Assembly (NCBI GenBank): GCA_963544075.1
Contig: CAUUDV010000001.1
Coordinates: 727-64,726, forward strand
Direction of reading: 5' to 3'
Length of the DNA: 64,000 bases
Source of the DNA: an uncultured Acholeplasmataceae bacterium
GTDB lineage: Bacteria; Bacillota_I; Bacilli_A; Acholeplasmatales; Acholeplasmataceae
The notes under the pieces were generated by a model. That model saw only the letters and a list, made by a program, of their open reading frames with translations, had not been told where the DNA came from and made no database searches. Both the position numbers and the translations under genes were made by a program. Below, piece by piece: positions 1-11,533 of this stretch (its first letter is position 1; each line of letters starts with the position of its first letter).

Positions 1-500
1 GAATCTATACTCTTGCTGATTTTGTTAAAAAAGACAATCAAAGAAAGTTGGCAGAACTTTACCGTCCGCAACATCTTTTAGAAACTATGGCAGCAGTTTC
101 TGGACGCTCTAAAGACTTTATTGAACCATATCAAACAAGTGTTCCTAAAAGTATGTCAAGAGAAGTAACCTTAAACTACGTAGTAGACTCGCTTGAAGCA
201 ATTATTGCTAAAATCAAACAAATTTACCAAGATTTAGCCGCCCAACTTGAAAACTTTGGACTTGAGGCAAAAACTGTTAACTTTAAGTTCAAAACCGCTA
301 ACTTTAAAACTTATACTCGTGCAAAAACTTTAACATACTTTATTTCTAGCGCTTTTGACATTCAAAATGCCCTTGAAGACTTCATTAAAGAAAAACTAGA
401 AATTGACGTGCCAATTCGCCTATTTGGCGTTGGTCTTTCTAACTTTAGAGAAATTAAACCAAAAAGCGACTTAAATAGTGGTTTTTTTAAAGCAGAGTAA
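1..500 (+). CDS. dinB: DNA polymerase IV (Y-family, DinB-like), C-terminal fragment; the 5' end lies outside the window
   Basis: The frame is open from the window edge (IYTLADFVKK...). The C-terminal little-finger-like region ends with PIRLFGVGLSNF, resembling the DinB C terminus. Confidence 0.65.
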   Translation, partial: IYTLADFVKKDNQRKLAELYRPQHLLETMAAVSGRSKDFIEPYQTSVPKSMSREVTLNYVVDSLEAIIAKIKQIYQDLAAQLENFGLEAKTVNFKFKTANFKTYTRAKTLTYFISSAFDIQNALEDFIKEKLEIDVPIRLFGVGLSNFREIKPKSDLNSGFFKAE

Positions 501-548
501 TTTTAAAATCAGTTTCAAATGCTTTTAAAATAAGTTAAAATTAAAGAG

Positions 549-1766
549 ATGAAAGAGTTTACAGAAATTTCACAAAAATTAAATATATCTGAGTTTACCG
601 CTTTTCAAAAAAGAGTAATAGACACAATTTTAAAACAAAAAGCCAACGTTGTAATTTCGGCTAAAACTGGAGTTGGCAAAACTTTTGCTTATTTAGTTCC
701 GCTCTACCTTAGTTTAAAACCAGAAGACAAAGCCTTAATTTTGTGTCCAACTACTGAACTTTGTTTGCAAACAACGTTAGTTTTTGAACATTTATTTGCC
801 AAAAAAGTTTATTTAGACGCCAAAAAACCAAGTTTAACTGGTAAACAAATCTTTATATTAACTCCAAAAAAAGCTACTGAGTTAATCAAATCAGGTACTT
901 TTAATCAGGCTGAGTTTAAGTTTTTAGTCACAGACGAGGCTGACTTCATGTTTGAAGTTGAGTTTATGGATGAACTTAACCAAGTTTTTTCTTACTTTAA
1001 AAAAGCCCGTTTTATCTTGGTGTCAGCCACTGTTAAAAAGTCTATGAAACCTTTTATCAAGGCTTTTTTTGGCTCCTTTTTAATGCTAGAAGAAACAAGC
1101 ACACACCTTAACTTAAAGCACTATATCGCCAGAGCAGAAAATGGCGAAGAAATCAAAACTTTAGTTGCTTTGCTGAAAGCAAAAAATCCATATACAGCAC
1201 TGGTTTTTGTTTCAAAAAAATCAGAACTTGAAAAAGTTTACAGAGAAATTGTAAAAGAAATTCCCAACACTGTTTTAATTTCTGGCAATCTAGATTTAAA
1301 AGACCGCCAAAGAATTTATAAAGACCTAACTCAAGAAAAATACTCAGTAGTGGTCGCTACTGACTTGCTTTCTCGCGGAATTGACCTAAACTTCAGTCAT
1401 GTTTTTAACTTAGATGTACCTAAAACCAAAGCAATTTTTGAACACCGACAAGGCAGAACTGCGAGATTCAACCGCTCAGGCGAAGTCTACACAATTTATA
1501 CTGATTTAGATAAGCGCCGACTTTACAACTACCAAATGCAAAACTCACCGTTTATTGAACTTAAAGTCAAAAACGGTGAGATTTTGGAGTTAAAAAAACC
1601 TAAATTAAAACAAAGCGAGTTAATTATTGCTGCCGTTAAAACCGTTAAAAAACCAACGAAAGTTAAGCCAAACTATAAAAAACAAAACAAAAAAGCCATT
1701 GAAAAAGCCATCAAAGCCGCTAAAGTCAAGCACTTTCGTGCTCAGTTTAAAAAAGGAAAAGGGTAA
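549..1766 (+). CDS. DEAD-box ATP-dependent RNA helicase with a Lys-rich C-terminal tail
   Basis: Motifs AKTGVGKT (Walker A), TDEAD, SAT, ATDLLSRGID and HRQGRTAR are present. Adjacency to nfo recalls the B. subtilis cshB-nfo arrangement (from memory). Confidence 0.9.
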   Translation: MKEFTEISQKLNISEFTAFQKRVIDTILKQKANVVISAKTGVGKTFAYLVPLYLSLKPEDKALILCPTTELCLQTTLVFEHLFAKKVYLDAKKPSLTGKQIFILTPKKATELIKSGTFNQAEFKFLVTDEADFMFEVEFMDELNQVFSYFKKARFILVSATVKKSMKPFIKAFFGSFLMLEETSTHLNLKHYIARAENGEEIKTLVALLKAKNPYTALVFVSKKSELEKVYREIVKEIPNTVLISGNLDLKDRQRIYKDLTQEKYSVVVATDLLSRGIDLNFSHVFNLDVPKTKAIFEHRQGRTARFNRSGEVYTIYTDLDKRRLYNYQMQNSPFIELKVKNGEILELKKPKLKQSELIIAAVKTVKKPTKVKPNYKKQNKKAIEKAIKAAKVKHFRAQFKKGKG

Positions 1767-1771
1767 AAAAT

Positions 1772-2626
1772 ATGAAAAACTTTAACCTGGGTTCACACAA
1801 CTCTTTTAAAAAACCAGACTATCTAAAAGGCACGATCGCAGAAGTTAAACATAACCAAGCTACTGCTTTAATGATTTTCACAGGCCCACCACAAAGCACT
1901 TTTCGTACAAACACCGAACTTTGCTTTGCCAAAGAGGGTATAGCCGAACTCAAGGCTTTGTCAATCCCTAAGCAAAACTTTGTAGTCCACGCTCCGTATA
2001 TTGCCAATCTTGCTTCTCTGGACTTAGCAAAATGGCAAAGGTCTGTTGACTTTTTTTCAAGCGAACTAAAACGTTCTCATGAACTTGGTGCTGGCATGTT
2101 TGTGCTCCATCCAGGATCTGCTTTAACTCAAGACCGCTCGCTTTCTTTAAAACAAGTTGCAAAAGCCGTAAATCTGTTAATTAAATATGTACACGACAAT
2201 AATCTAGAAATCAAAATTGCCGTGGAAACCATGGCCGGCAAAGGTAGCGAAGTCGGAATTACTTTTACGGAAATCGCCGAAATTATTCACACCTATCCAG
2301 ACCCAGATTTAGGCGTGTGCATCGACACTTGCCATATTTTTGACGCAGGCTATGACATTAAAGACCATCAAGCCGAAGTTTTTGCTGAGTTTAAAAATGT
2401 AGTCGGCATGGATAAATTATTTTTATTTCACATCAACGATTCACTACATGGCCTGTCTTCGCACAAAGACCGCCATGCTAACATTGGTAAAGGCAAAATT
2501 GGCCTTGAACCCCTTAAAGCAATTGTTCAAAACCCAGAATTTTTAGACATTCCAAAAATTTTGGAAACCCCTGTAGGTACTAACCCAGACATTTATCTTA
2601 AAGAAATTCAAATGTTGTCTGAATAA
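1772..2626 (+). CDS. nfo: Endonuclease IV (AP endonuclease, xylose-isomerase-like TIM barrel)
   Basis: Motifs HAPYIANL, LHPGS, ETMAGKGSE, CIDTCH, HINDS and DRHANIGKGKIG are present. Confidence 0.9.
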   Translation: MKNFNLGSHNSFKKPDYLKGTIAEVKHNQATALMIFTGPPQSTFRTNTELCFAKEGIAELKALSIPKQNFVVHAPYIANLASLDLAKWQRSVDFFSSELKRSHELGAGMFVLHPGSALTQDRSLSLKQVAKAVNLLIKYVHDNNLEIKIAVETMAGKGSEVGITFTEIAEIIHTYPDPDLGVCIDTCHIFDAGYDIKDHQAEVFAEFKNVVGMDKLFLFHINDSLHGLSSHKDRHANIGKGKIGLEPLKAIVQNPEFLDIPKILETPVGTNPDIYLKEIQMLSE

Positions 2627-2727
2627 CGACTTAAAAACAACCTAATTTACCCCTAAATTATGGCCTAGGTTTTTCAAAACCGGGTCATTTTTTTCACCAA
2701 AAAACAAAATCGGCCAATAGTTTTTAT

Positions 2728-2756
2728 TTGGTAAAAAATCCAATTTGTGGTATGAT
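2728..2756 (+). promoter_or_regulatory. Candidate sigma-70-type promoter for rpoBC
   Basis: TTGGTA (2728-2733), a 17-nt spacer, then an extended -10 TGgTATGAT (2748-2756), about 75 nt upstream of the rpoB ATG. A second TATAAT lies near 2801. Confidence 0.4.
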
Positions 2757-2830
2757 TTTTTCGTATATGCGCTAATCAAAAAAACGAGTTATATATTATA
2801 TATAATAAAAGCACAGAAACTGGAGGAAAA

Positions 2831-5800
2831 ATGAGTTTTAAAAACATAAAATATGGCAAAAAAACCGAACGTCGTAATTACTCAAAAATGATGTACGATG
2901 TTGACTTGCCAGACTTGATTGAAATTCAAACGCAGTCTTTTGAAAAATTTATCAAATCAGACTTACTTGAATTGCTAAAAGAACTTTCACCAATTGAAGG
3001 AAATAACGGCGACATTAAACTGTACTTTGAAAGCGTTGAAGTTCAAGAACCTAATTTCACAATTGCTGAATCTAAAACTAGAGACATCACCTACTCAGCA
3101 CAAGTGATGGCTGATGTGAAGTTAGAAAACTGCATCACCGGTGAACTTAGAGAAGCAAAAGTCTTGTTGACAGAAATGCCTTCAATGACTCCAACTGCTA
3201 CTTTTATCATCAACGGTGCTGAACGTGTGGTGGTTTCACAAATCGTGCGTTCAAGTGGAGTTTATTACACAAAAGACATCAACAAAAAAATCAACAAAGT
3301 TATCTACTCTGGCCAAATGATTCCAACCCGTGGTGCTTGGGTTGAGTTTGAAGAGGGCAACAAAGAACTTCTTTGGGCAAAATTAGACCGCTCTAAAAAA
3401 ATCTCGCTAACTACTTTTATTAAAGCCCTTGGTGTATCTTCAAACAAAGAAATTGACAAACTATTTAAGTCAGAGCAACTTAAAGAAACTCTTGAGAAAG
3501 ACGTAACCAAAACTTCAGACGACGCAGTAGTTGAAATCGTTTCCAGACTAAGACAAGGCGAAATTATTCCAGTTTCAGGCGCACGCGAGTTAATTCGCCA
3601 ACGTCTATTTGACATTCGCCGCTACAACCTACTTGGAGTTGGACGCTATAAGTTTAACCAAAAACTAGACGTACTTAGCCGCGTTAAAAACACATATCTT
3701 GCTGCTGACTTAAAAGATGCAAAAGACAAAGTAGTCATTGCTGCCAACACTTTACTTGATGAAGATGCTTTAAAAATACTTGACGCCAACCGTCATTTAT
3801 TTAGAAAAGAAGTTATTTCTGCCGATAACTCTCTGCAAAATATCGACAAAGCGGCTGTGTTAACTGAGTATGTTGGCGAAGGCGACCACGTGCAGTTGGT
3901 TACTACAGAGCCAATTTACAACATCAAAACTGGCGAAGTCGTTTTTGACGCCGGTACTCAAATTGACGAGCAAGTTCTAAGAACTCTTCGTGAACTTAGA
4001 AATGGACTTGACGAAAAAGTCTTAAACTACTTTTTAACTGGCAACGTTTTTGAAAAACCTGCACAAAGACAACCTGTCTACGCTGAAATTCTAGACGTTG
4101 TTAAGAGAACTGATTTAGGTGTATCTCAAGCAATTCGTGTAATTGGTAACGACAGCCGCGAGGCTAAAACCTATATTACGGTTTCAGACATCGTTGCTGG
4201 TATTTCTTACTTTTTGAACTTATATGAAAACATCGGGCAAACCGACGACATTGACCACCTTGGAAACCGTCGTGTACGACTAATCGGTGAACTGCTTGCC
4301 AACCAATTTAGAATTGGTATGGCTAGAGCCGAGAAAAACATTAAAGACAAAATGTCGGTTAAGTCTTTTGCAGACATCACTATTCCGGCAATTATGAACA
4401 CTAAACCGCTTACAACTGTACTTAATGCGTTTTTCGGTTCATCTCAATTGTCTCAGTTCATGGACCAGACCAACCCTTTGGCTGAACTTACTCAAAAACG
4501 CCGTGTATCCGCACTTGGAAGCGGTGGTATTTCTCGCGACCGCGCGGGTATTGAAGTCAGAGACGTTCACGCTTCTCACTACGGCCGAATTTGTCCAATT
4601 GAAACCCCAGAAGGACAATCAATTGGGTTGATTTCTTCACTTTCTTCTTATGCCAAAATTGACAAATATGGATTTATTCAAACTCCTTACTTTAAACTTG
4701 ACCGCACAAATAAAGTCAACGGAGTGTGCGTGCCAAAAGTAGTAGATCACCACCTTTATTTAACTGCAGACGAGGAATACAACGCTGTAATTGCCTCAGC
4801 CGCGACTGAGTTAAACCCAGACGGAACTATTAAAGAACCAACAGTTACTGGTAGATTACGCGGTGAAACCGGAATTTTTGCCCGCGAAGACGTTGAATAT
4901 ATGGACGTCTCTTCTAAACAAATCGTGTCTGTGGCGACTGCTACTATTCCTTTCCTTGAACACGACGAGGCGTCTCGTTGTTTAATGGGTGCCAACATGC
5001 AACGCCAGGCTGTGCCAGTTATCAAACCAGAAGCACCTCTTGTTGGAACTGGAATTGAGTATCGCGCTGCTAAAAACTCAGGTACTTCTGTGGTTGCTAA
5101 AAACGCAGGATACGCGGTATACGTGGACGCCAAACGCATAGATGTTCTTCCAATTCCTGAGAAAACCATTAAATACGACGGTGAAATCTTGTTTGCACCA
5201 AACTCAGACTGGACAGCAGAGCAAGCCATTAAAATCTATAAATATGGTCTGGCTGACACCGATGTCTACACGTTAATTAACTACGAACGCTCAAACCAAA
5301 ATACTTCTATCGTTCAAAAACCGATTGTAAACGTTGGCGACTGGGTTGACCTAAACGAAACTATTGCCGACGGTCCTTCTACCGACAACGCAGAGCTTGC
5401 ACTTGGTCGCAACGTTACAGTTGCTTTCATGACTTGGGAAGGCTATAACTTTGAAGACGCCGTTATCATTTCTGAAGACTTAGTTAAAAACGATGTCTAC
5501 ACTTCTGTGCATATTGATGAATACCAAATTCAAACCAGAGACCTTCGCAACAACATCGGAAAAGAAGAGTTTACCAACGAAGTTCCAAATGCGAACCGCC
5601 AGGCTGTGGCTAAACTTGACCAAAAAGGTGTTATTCTACTTGGTTCTGAAGTTAAAGAAGGTGATATTTTAGTTGGTAAAATTACCCCTAAAGGTGGAGC
5701 AGAGCCTTCTCCTGCTGAAAAACTAATTCAAGAGATTATTGGCGAAAAATCCAAAGAATATAGAGACACTTCTCTTCGCGTTCCACATGGTGGTGGCGGA

Positions 5801-6658
5801 ATTGTTCAAAAAATCCAATACTTTTCTAAGAAAAACAAAGACCAACTACCTCCTTCTGTAAATGAACAAATCAAAGTTTTTATTGCTAAAAAAAGAAAAA
5901 TCAGAGAAGGCGATAAAATGGCTGGTCGCCACGGAAACAAAGGTGTTATCTCTATTGTTGTGCCACGCGAAGACATGCCATACATGGCAGACGGAACACC
6001 TGTAGACATCATGCTAAACCCGCTTGGTGTACCTTCTCGTATGAACATCGGCCAAATCTTAGAGTTGCATCTAGGATATGCTGCTAAAAAACTTGGAATT
6101 AAAATCGCAACTCCAGTTTTCGATGGTGTTGAGAACGCCGATCTTGTCGATATCTTAAAAGAAGCAAACCTACCAATAAACGGCAAGATGACGCTTTATG
6201 ACGGCAGAACTGGTGAGCCTTTTAGAAATCCAGTTTCAGTTGGTGTGATGTACATGATTAAGTTATCGCACATGGTAGACGACAAACTACACGCTAGAAA
6301 CGTCGGACCTTATACTTTAGTAACTCAACAACCTATGGGTGGTAAAGCCCAAAATGGTGGCCAAAAACTAGGGGAAATGGAAGTTTGGGCGCTGTATGGT
6401 TATGGTGCCGCACACGTCCTTCAAGAAATGCTAACTATTAAATCAGACGACAAAGTTGGCAGAAACAAAGCCTACTCTGCAATCACTCAAGGCAACTTAA
6501 TTCCGCGACCTTCTCTTCCTGAGTCTTTCCACGTGCTGACCCGAGAACTGCAAGCCCTTGGTATTTACGTTGAGTTAATTAACTCAGAAACTGGCGAGAA
6601 TGACGCCGTTAAATCACTGCTTGACTTAAAGCCTGCCCGCAGTAATGGAGGTATTTAA
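2831..6658 (+). CDS. rpoB: DNA-directed RNA polymerase subunit beta
   Basis: 1275 aa with motifs GNRRVRLIGEL, SALGSGGISRDRAG, NMQRQAVP, AGRHGNKGV and GGQKLGEMEVWAL. Confidence 0.98.
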   Translation: MSFKNIKYGKKTERRNYSKMMYDVDLPDLIEIQTQSFEKFIKSDLLELLKELSPIEGNNGDIKLYFESVEVQEPNFTIAESKTRDITYSAQVMADVKLENCITGELREAKVLLTEMPSMTPTATFIINGAERVVVSQIVRSSGVYYTKDINKKINKVIYSGQMIPTRGAWVEFEEGNKELLWAKLDRSKKISLTTFIKALGVSSNKEIDKLFKSEQLKETLEKDVTKTSDDAVVEIVSRLRQGEIIPVSGARELIRQRLFDIRRYNLLGVGRYKFNQKLDVLSRVKNTYLAADLKDAKDKVVIAANTLLDEDALKILDANRHLFRKEVISADNSLQNIDKAAVLTEYVGEGDHVQLVTTEPIYNIKTGEVVFDAGTQIDEQVLRTLRELRNGLDEKVLNYFLTGNVFEKPAQRQPVYAEILDVVKRTDLGVSQAIRVIGNDSREAKTYITVSDIVAGISYFLNLYENIGQTDDIDHLGNRRVRLIGELLANQFRIGMARAEKNIKDKMSVKSFADITIPAIMNTKPLTTVLNAFFGSSQLSQFMDQTNPLAELTQKRRVSALGSGGISRDRAGIEVRDVHASHYGRICPIETPEGQSIGLISSLSSYAKIDKYGFIQTPYFKLDRTNKVNGVCVPKVVDHHLYLTADEEYNAVIASAATELNPDGTIKEPTVTGRLRGETGIFAREDVEYMDVSSKQIVSVATATIPFLEHDEASRCLMGANMQRQAVPVIKPEAPLVGTGIEYRAAKNSGTSVVAKNAGYAVYVDAKRIDVLPIPEKTIKYDGEILFAPNSDWTAEQAIKIYKYGLADTDVYTLINYERSNQNTSIVQKPIVNVGDWVDLNETIADGPSTDNAELALGRNVTVAFMTWEGYNFEDAVIISEDLVKNDVYTSVHIDEYQIQTRDLRNNIGKEEFTNEVPNANRQAVAKLDQKGVILLGSEVKEGDILVGKITPKGGAEPSPAEKLIQEIIGEKSKEYRDTSLRVPHGGGGIVQKIQYFSKKNKDQLPPSVNEQIKVFIAKKRKIREGDKMAGRHGNKGVISIVVPREDMPYMADGTPVDIMLNPLGVPSRMNIGQILELHLGYAAKKLGIKIATPVFDGVENADLVDILKEANLPINGKMTLYDGRTGEPFRNPVSVGVMYMIKLSHMVDDKLHARNVGPYTLVTQQPMGGKAQNGGQKLGEMEVWALYGYGAAHVLQEMLTIKSDDKVGRNKAYSAITQGNLIPRPSLPESFHVLTRELQALGIYVELINSETGENDAVKSLLDLKPARSNGGI

Positions 6659-6660
6659 AA

Positions 6661-9600
6661 ATGTTAAAAGCCTACGAAAAACAAAGCATTAAAGACATTA
6701 AAATCATTTCTGAAGAAACAAAAGAGTTCTTAAAAAATATCGCCGTTCACACTTTGGGTGATTTAAACTTATTTTCAGTTTCTCAATACCAAAGTATCTT
6801 TTCTGAGTGCTCAGAAGACGTACTGAAAGACATTAAAACGCTTTTGACTAAAAACTATTTACCTGAAAAAATTCAACAACTATTTACCGAAGCCGAAGTC
6901 ATTAAGTTTTTCAAAGAAAGTGGATTTACTGACCTTAAGTCAATCTTAACCTCACCTCGCTCTAACTTATTTCAAATTTTAAAAGACGATGATTTCTTGT
7001 TAGCCGAAACTAACCAACTTTTTGTCTTCTACGGTCAAACTCCGTTAACTGAGGCTGATTTTGACGAAAAACTAGACTTGGTTTCTTCACAAACTAAGGT
7101 TGCTGAAATCAACGTCGCTGAACGTTTAAAATCAGTTGACGACACTCATATCACTGGCTCTAAACTATACCGCCACATGCGAATTCGCTTAGCCTCACCA
7201 GATGAAATCAGAACTTGGTCTTACGGTGAAGTTAAGTCTCATGAAACCATTAACTACCGAACTGCCAAACCTGAAGTTGGTGGGTTGTTTTGCGAAAAAA
7301 TATTCGGGCCAACTAAAGACTTTCAATGTGCATGTGGTAAGAAACAAAGTGGCAACAAAGGCCAAATTTGTCAAAAATGTGGAATTGAGATTACTGAGTC
7401 TCTTGTTCGCCGCGAAAGAATGGGACACATTGAACTAAAAAGTCCAGTAGTGCATACTTGGTTTTTCAAAAACTCACCATCTAGACTTGCGATTTTACTT
7501 GGAATTAAGGCCAAATCATTAGAAGAGGTTGTCAACTACGCAGCCTACATCGTAACAGACCCTGGCAACACTCCACTTAAACGCAAACAAATCTTGTCAG
7601 AACAAGACTACGCCGCAATTAACGAAGAGTACTATGGCCGCTTTCAGGCGCAAACTGGTGCTGAGGCCATTCAAACCCTTTTAAAAGCGCTTGATTTAGA
7701 CCACGAAATCCGCGTACTTCGCAAGAAATTCCGCACTTCTACTAAACAAAAACGTCAAAACATCATCAAACGTCTGGAAATCGTGGAAGCCTTCTACTCA
7801 TCTGACAACCGCCCTGAGTGGATTGTTATGCCGGTAATCCCGGTAATCCCGCCAGACCTTCGTCCGATGGTCCAACTAGACGGTGGCCGTTTTGCAACAA
7901 CTGACCTTAACGACCTTTACTGCAAAATAATTAATCGTAACAATAGGTTAAAAAAAGAACTTGACCAGTTTACAACCTCACTAATTCTTAAAAACGAAAA
8001 ACGTTTAATTCAAGAAGCCGTTGACTCACTATTTGACAACTCAAAACGCGGAAACAAAAAAGCGCTCGCTTCAAATGCCCGCCCGCTTAAATCACTTTCT
8101 GATTTGCTTCGTGGTAAACAAGGACGTTTCCGTCAAAACTTGCTTGGTAAACGCGTTGACTACTCAGGTCGTTCCGTAATTATCGTGGGTCCAAACCTAA
8201 AGATGTATCAGGCTGGAATTCCGCGTGAAATGGCAATTACTTTATTTAAGCCGTTTGTAATTAACCGCCTGCAAGAAAACTTAGAAGTAACTCGCCAAAA
8301 AGCCGTTGAAATGTATGACAACCGAACTAAAGAAGTTTGGCAAGTTCTGGAAGAAGTAGTGCGCGAACACCCAGTGCTTTTAAACCGTGCACCTACTTTG
8401 CACCGCTTGTCAATCCAAGCGTTTGAGCCAAAACTAATTGACGGTAAAGCCATTCGTCTGCATCCTTTGGCAACAACTGCATTTAACGCCGACTTTGACG
8501 GTGACCAAATGGCCGTGCACTTGCCGCTTTCACCAGAAGCGCAGGCTGAGGCTAGTCTACTTATGCTGGCTTCTAACAACATCTTAAACCCAAAAGACGG
8601 AAAACCAGTTGTTACACCTTCTCAAGACATGGTCTTGGGAAACTACTTCTTGACAACCGAAGAGCGCTATATTGAGTCTGACCCTAAAACTCATCAACAC
8701 AGAAATGAAGGTATGCTAATTTCTTCAATTGACGAGGCTAAAAACGCACAAAGTGCAGGTATCATTGACTACCACACCAGAATTTTGGTGCGTCCACAAA
8801 TTCTTAATCGTCGTTTTACTGCAGACATTCAAGGCAAACTGCTAATTACTACTTTAGGTAAGTTAATTTTTAACGAAATTATGCCAGATGGTTTCTTTTA
8901 TTTAAACGAACCAACTGAGTATAACTTAACCCAAGGGGTTCCTCAATCTTACTTACTTGACTGCAACAAAGACCCAAAAGTTTATTTTGCTCAAACTAAA
9001 GACCAACCACTACCTGAACCTTTTAAAAAGTCGTTTTTAGGAAAAATTATTGACACTGTCTTTAAACACTACGATGTTACAAGAACTTCTGTGATGCTAG
9101 ATGACTTAAAAGACCTGGGCTTTAAATACTCAACTGTCTCTGCTGTTACAATTTCTTACGACGACATCAAGGTTTACTCAAATAAAGCCGCTATTTTAAA
9201 AGAATCTCAGGCTAAAATTGAGCAAATTACTAACTACTTTAACATGGGTATGTTGACCGACAAAGGTCGTTCTCGACAAATTATCAACGTTTGGGAAAAC
9301 ACTAAAACCGAAATTTCTCGCGGACTTGAGCAAGAACTTAACCGCGAAAACCCAATTTACGTAATGTCTGATTCAGGTGCTCGTGGTAACATTCAAAACT
9401 TCGTCCAATTAGCCGGAATGAGGGGTATTTTAAATAACCCTAAGGGTGAGCAAATTGAAGTTCCAGTTAAATCATCATTTAAAGAAGGTTTGACTGTTTC
9501 TGAGTTCTTTATCTCAACCCACGGTGCCCGCAAAGGTTCAACTGACACGGCTTTGAAAACCGCACAATCTGGTTATTTAACTCGCCGACTTGTAGACGTT

Positions 9601-10767
9601 GCCCAAGGCGTAATTATTACACTTGAAGACTGTGGTACTGAAAACGGGGTGTTTGTCAAAGATATACTTGATAAAGACCAAAAAGTAGTCTGCAGTTTGG
9701 AAGAACGACTACACGGCCGTTTTGCTGCTCAAAAGGCGTATGACAAAAACAATCTACTAATAGTTGACAGAAACGAACTGATTACTCAAGAGACCGCGGC
9801 TAAGATTGCTGAAAACTACTCTGAGTTTAAAATCAGAACTAACTTAACATGTTCTGCAATTGACGGACTTTGTGTGAAGTGCTATGGTCTAAACTTAGCA
9901 ACTAACTCAATTGTAGAAGTCGGAGAAGCCGTTGGTGTAGTTGCTGCGCAATCTATTGGTGAACCTGGTACTCAGTTAACGATGCGTACTTTCCACACCG
10001 GTGGTGTGGCATCAGCATCCGACATTACTCAAGGTCTTCCTCGTATTCAGGAACTTTTTGAGGCTAGAACTCCAAAAGGAAAATCTGTAATTTCTGAGTA
10101 TTTTGGTAAAGTTAGCCAAATTAGTCGTCCACAATACGGCCAGCCTAGCGTGGTTATTGAAGACCGTCAAGGCAAAACTCACACTTACTCAATTGAGTCA
10201 AACGCCGATATTTTAGTTAAAGTTGGGGATTCTGTACAACCAGGAACTTCGTTAACTCCGGGTTCAATTCACCCTAAAGAACTACTTAGAGTAACCGATA
10301 CTTTAACCGTTTCTAACTACATCTTGGCAGAAGTTCGTAAAGTTTATCAATCACAAGGTGTAGACATTCAAGATAAACACATTGAAATCATCATTAGACA
10401 AATGCTGAAACGCATTATGATTATCCATGAAGGTGACACTAACTTACTTCCAGGTATCGTGGTTTCAAACTCAGACTTCCTGAGAGCCAACCGCGTGGCT
10501 TTTGAACAAGGCACACGCCCTGCAATCGGAAAACGTATGTTACTTGGAATTACCAGAGCCTCACTTTCAAACGACTCGTTCTTGTCAGCCGCTTCCTTCC
10601 AAGAAACCACCAGAATTCTGACAGACGCCGCGATTTCTTCTAGACCTGACCAACTAAAAGGTCTAAAAGAAAATGTCATCATTGGTGGACTAATTCCAGC
10701 CGGAACCGGAATTTTAAAAGAAACTGAGTTTAACTACACCAAAGTTACTGACGATAAAAACGCTTAG
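6661..10767 (+). CDS. rpoC: DNA-directed RNA polymerase subunit beta-prime with an N-terminal extension of about 170 aa
   Basis: 1368 aa. The conserved region starts at [19 protein letters not shown] (about aa 173). It has the zinc motif CACGK...CQKCG and the catalytic [12 protein letters not shown]. The ATG lies 2 nt after the rpoB stop. Confidence 0.97.
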   Translation: MLKAYEKQSIKDIKIISEETKEFLKNIAVHTLGDLNLFSVSQYQSIFSECSEDVLKDIKTLLTKNYLPEKIQQLFTEAEVIKFFKESGFTDLKSILTSPRSNLFQILKDDDFLLAETNQLFVFYGQTPLTEADFDEKLDLVSSQTKVAEINVAERLKSVDDTHITGSKLYRHMRIRLASPDEIRTWSYGEVKSHETINYRTAKPEVGGLFCEKIFGPTKDFQCACGKKQSGNKGQICQKCGIEITESLVRRERMGHIELKSPVVHTWFFKNSPSRLAILLGIKAKSLEEVVNYAAYIVTDPGNTPLKRKQILSEQDYAAINEEYYGRFQAQTGAEAIQTLLKALDLDHEIRVLRKKFRTSTKQKRQNIIKRLEIVEAFYSSDNRPEWIVMPVIPVIPPDLRPMVQLDGGRFATTDLNDLYCKIINRNNRLKKELDQFTTSLILKNEKRLIQEAVDSLFDNSKRGNKKALASNARPLKSLSDLLRGKQGRFRQNLLGKRVDYSGRSVIIVGPNLKMYQAGIPREMAITLFKPFVINRLQENLEVTRQKAVEMYDNRTKEVWQVLEEVVREHPVLLNRAPTLHRLSIQAFEPKLIDGKAIRLHPLATTAFNADFDGDQMAVHLPLSPEAQAEASLLMLASNNILNPKDGKPVVTPSQDMVLGNYFLTTEERYIESDPKTHQHRNEGMLISSIDEAKNAQSAGIIDYHTRILVRPQILNRRFTADIQGKLLITTLGKLIFNEIMPDGFFYLNEPTEYNLTQGVPQSYLLDCNKDPKVYFAQTKDQPLPEPFKKSFLGKIIDTVFKHYDVTRTSVMLDDLKDLGFKYSTVSAVTISYDDIKVYSNKAAILKESQAKIEQITNYFNMGMLTDKGRSRQIINVWENTKTEISRGLEQELNRENPIYVMSDSGARGNIQNFVQLAGMRGILNNPKGEQIEVPVKSSFKEGLTVSEFFISTHGARKGSTDTALKTAQSGYLTRRLVDVAQGVIITLEDCGTENGVFVKDILDKDQKVVCSLEERLHGRFAAQKAYDKNNLLIVDRNELITQETAAKIAENYSEFKIRTNLTCSAIDGLCVKCYGLNLATNSIVEVGEAVGVVAAQSIGEPGTQLTMRTFHTGGVASASDITQGLPRIQELFEARTPKGKSVISEYFGKVSQISRPQYGQPSVVIEDRQGKTHTYSIESNADILVKVGDSVQPGTSLTPGSIHPKELLRVTDTLTVSNYILAEVRKVYQSQGVDIQDKHIEIIIRQMLKRIMIIHEGDTNLLPGIVVSNSDFLRANRVAFEQGTRPAIGKRMLLGITRASLSNDSFLSAASFQETTRILTDAAISSRPDQLKGLKENVIIGGLIPAGTGILKETEFNYTKVTDDKNA

Positions 10768-10795
10768 TTTATTAACCAACCAAAATAGCATAAAT

Positions 10796-10832
10796 ACACA
10801 TCCGACTTACTTTAAAGTAAGACGGATGTGTT
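10796..10832 (+). terminator. Stem-loop downstream of rpoC (probable intrinsic terminator)
   Basis: Inverted repeat acacatccgacttac / gtaagacggatgtgt with one internal mismatch and loop tttaaa, followed by a weak T/A-rich tail. Confidence 0.55.
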
Positions 10833-10873
10833 AAAATAATGGTAGACTGCTACCAAAAAAGGAGTTTATACAC

Positions 10874-11092
10874 ATGAAAAAAGCAATTCATCCTGAATTT
10901 AATGAAGTTGAAGTTATTTGTTCAACTTGTGGTTCTAAGTTCAAAACTCAATCTACTGCCAAAGAAATTAAGGTAGATACATGTTCACAATGCCACGCTT
11001 TCTACACAGGAACACAACAATTTGTCCAAGCTCAAGGTCGTGTAGATAAGTTCAACAAACGCTACAATATTGAACAAAAACCAGGAAAATAG
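10874..11092 (+). CDS. rpmE: 50S ribosomal protein L31 (zinc-binding type)
   Basis: MKKAIHPEF..., cysteine pairs CSTCGS and CSQCH, and [10 protein letters not shown]. An RBS aaaaggag lies upstream. Confidence 0.95.
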   Translation: MKKAIHPEFNEVEVICSTCGSKFKTQSTAKEIKVDTCSQCHAFYTGTQQFVQAQGRVDKFNKRYNIEQKPGK

Positions 11093-11519
11093 AAATAAAC
11101 ATTTTGCACACGCTCTTAGGCTTGCCAAAAAAGCCCTGGCTTGTGCAGAAGTGCCAGTTGGTGCGCTAATTTTGAAAGATGGTGAAATTGTTGCAACTGG
11201 CTATAACACCAAAGAACACAAACACGATATTTTTGGACACGCAGAAATCACTGCTTTAAAAAAAGCCACCAAACGTCTTAAAACTTGGAAACTAGAAGAC
11301 TGCGTGATGATATCGACACTTGAGCCTTGTGTGCTCTGTGCGGCAGCGATTGCTGTTGCTAGAATAAAAGAATGTATTTTTTTGGCCAAAGACCCGACAG
11401 TTTTTAGTCAAAAAATCAGAAAAGAGATTTTTCTGCAACCCACTGCTCACACTAAATTAACTTTTGTTAAGGTAGATGAAGCCGGTGAGTTGTTAAAAAA
11501 ATTCTTTAAACGCCTGTAA
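11070..11519 (+). CDS. tadA: tRNA-specific adenosine deaminase (CDA fold)
   Basis: Zinc motifs HAEITAL and [10 protein letters not shown] plus EVPVGALIL. The start is uncertain: TTG at 11070 overlaps rpmE by 23 nt, and there is no in-frame ATG before the conserved core. Confidence 0.85.
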   Translation: MNKNQENRNKHFAHALRLAKKALACAEVPVGALILKDGEIVATGYNTKEHKHDIFGHAEITALKKATKRLKTWKLEDCVMISTLEPCVLCAAAIAVARIKECIFLAKDPTVFSQKIRKEIFLQPTAHTKLTFVKVDEAGELLKKFFKRL

Positions 11520-11533
11520 AGGCAAAGACTTTA

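Noticed and set aside
2627-2700. Possible terminator after nfo (ggcctagg palindrome, T-runs).
   Set aside because: The stem is only a few base pairs and is not followed by a convincing hairpin-plus-U-tract structure.
7831-7848. Exact 9-bp tandem duplication ccggtaatc-ccggtaatc in rpoC (VIPVIP), which looked like an insertion in the conserved PV(I/L)PP(D/E)LRP motif.
   Set aside because: Counting residues from the conserved Trp to LRP gives the same length as I recall for the B. subtilis and E. coli motif (W....VLPV(I/L)PP(D/E)LRP). It is therefore a substitution pattern, not an insertion.
3304-10682. Multiple 60-160-aa ORFs antisense to or out of frame with rpoB/rpoC (for example 4756-5229 minus and 8208-8582 minus). 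Similar ones occur inside the ATPase, nusA, infB and Rhs genes (41149-41646, 44695-45201, 46417-46806, 36321-36674, 38498-38767).
   Set aside because: They lie wholly inside strongly supported genes, lack RBS-like sequences, and have low-complexity Ser/Leu/Arg-rich translations typical of shadow ORFs.
11070-11092. The 23-nt overlap of tadA with rpmE as a possible programmed coupling.
   Set aside because: This is more simply an uncertain start-codon call, since a TTG is the only in-frame candidate. Nothing in the sequence supports a special mechanism.
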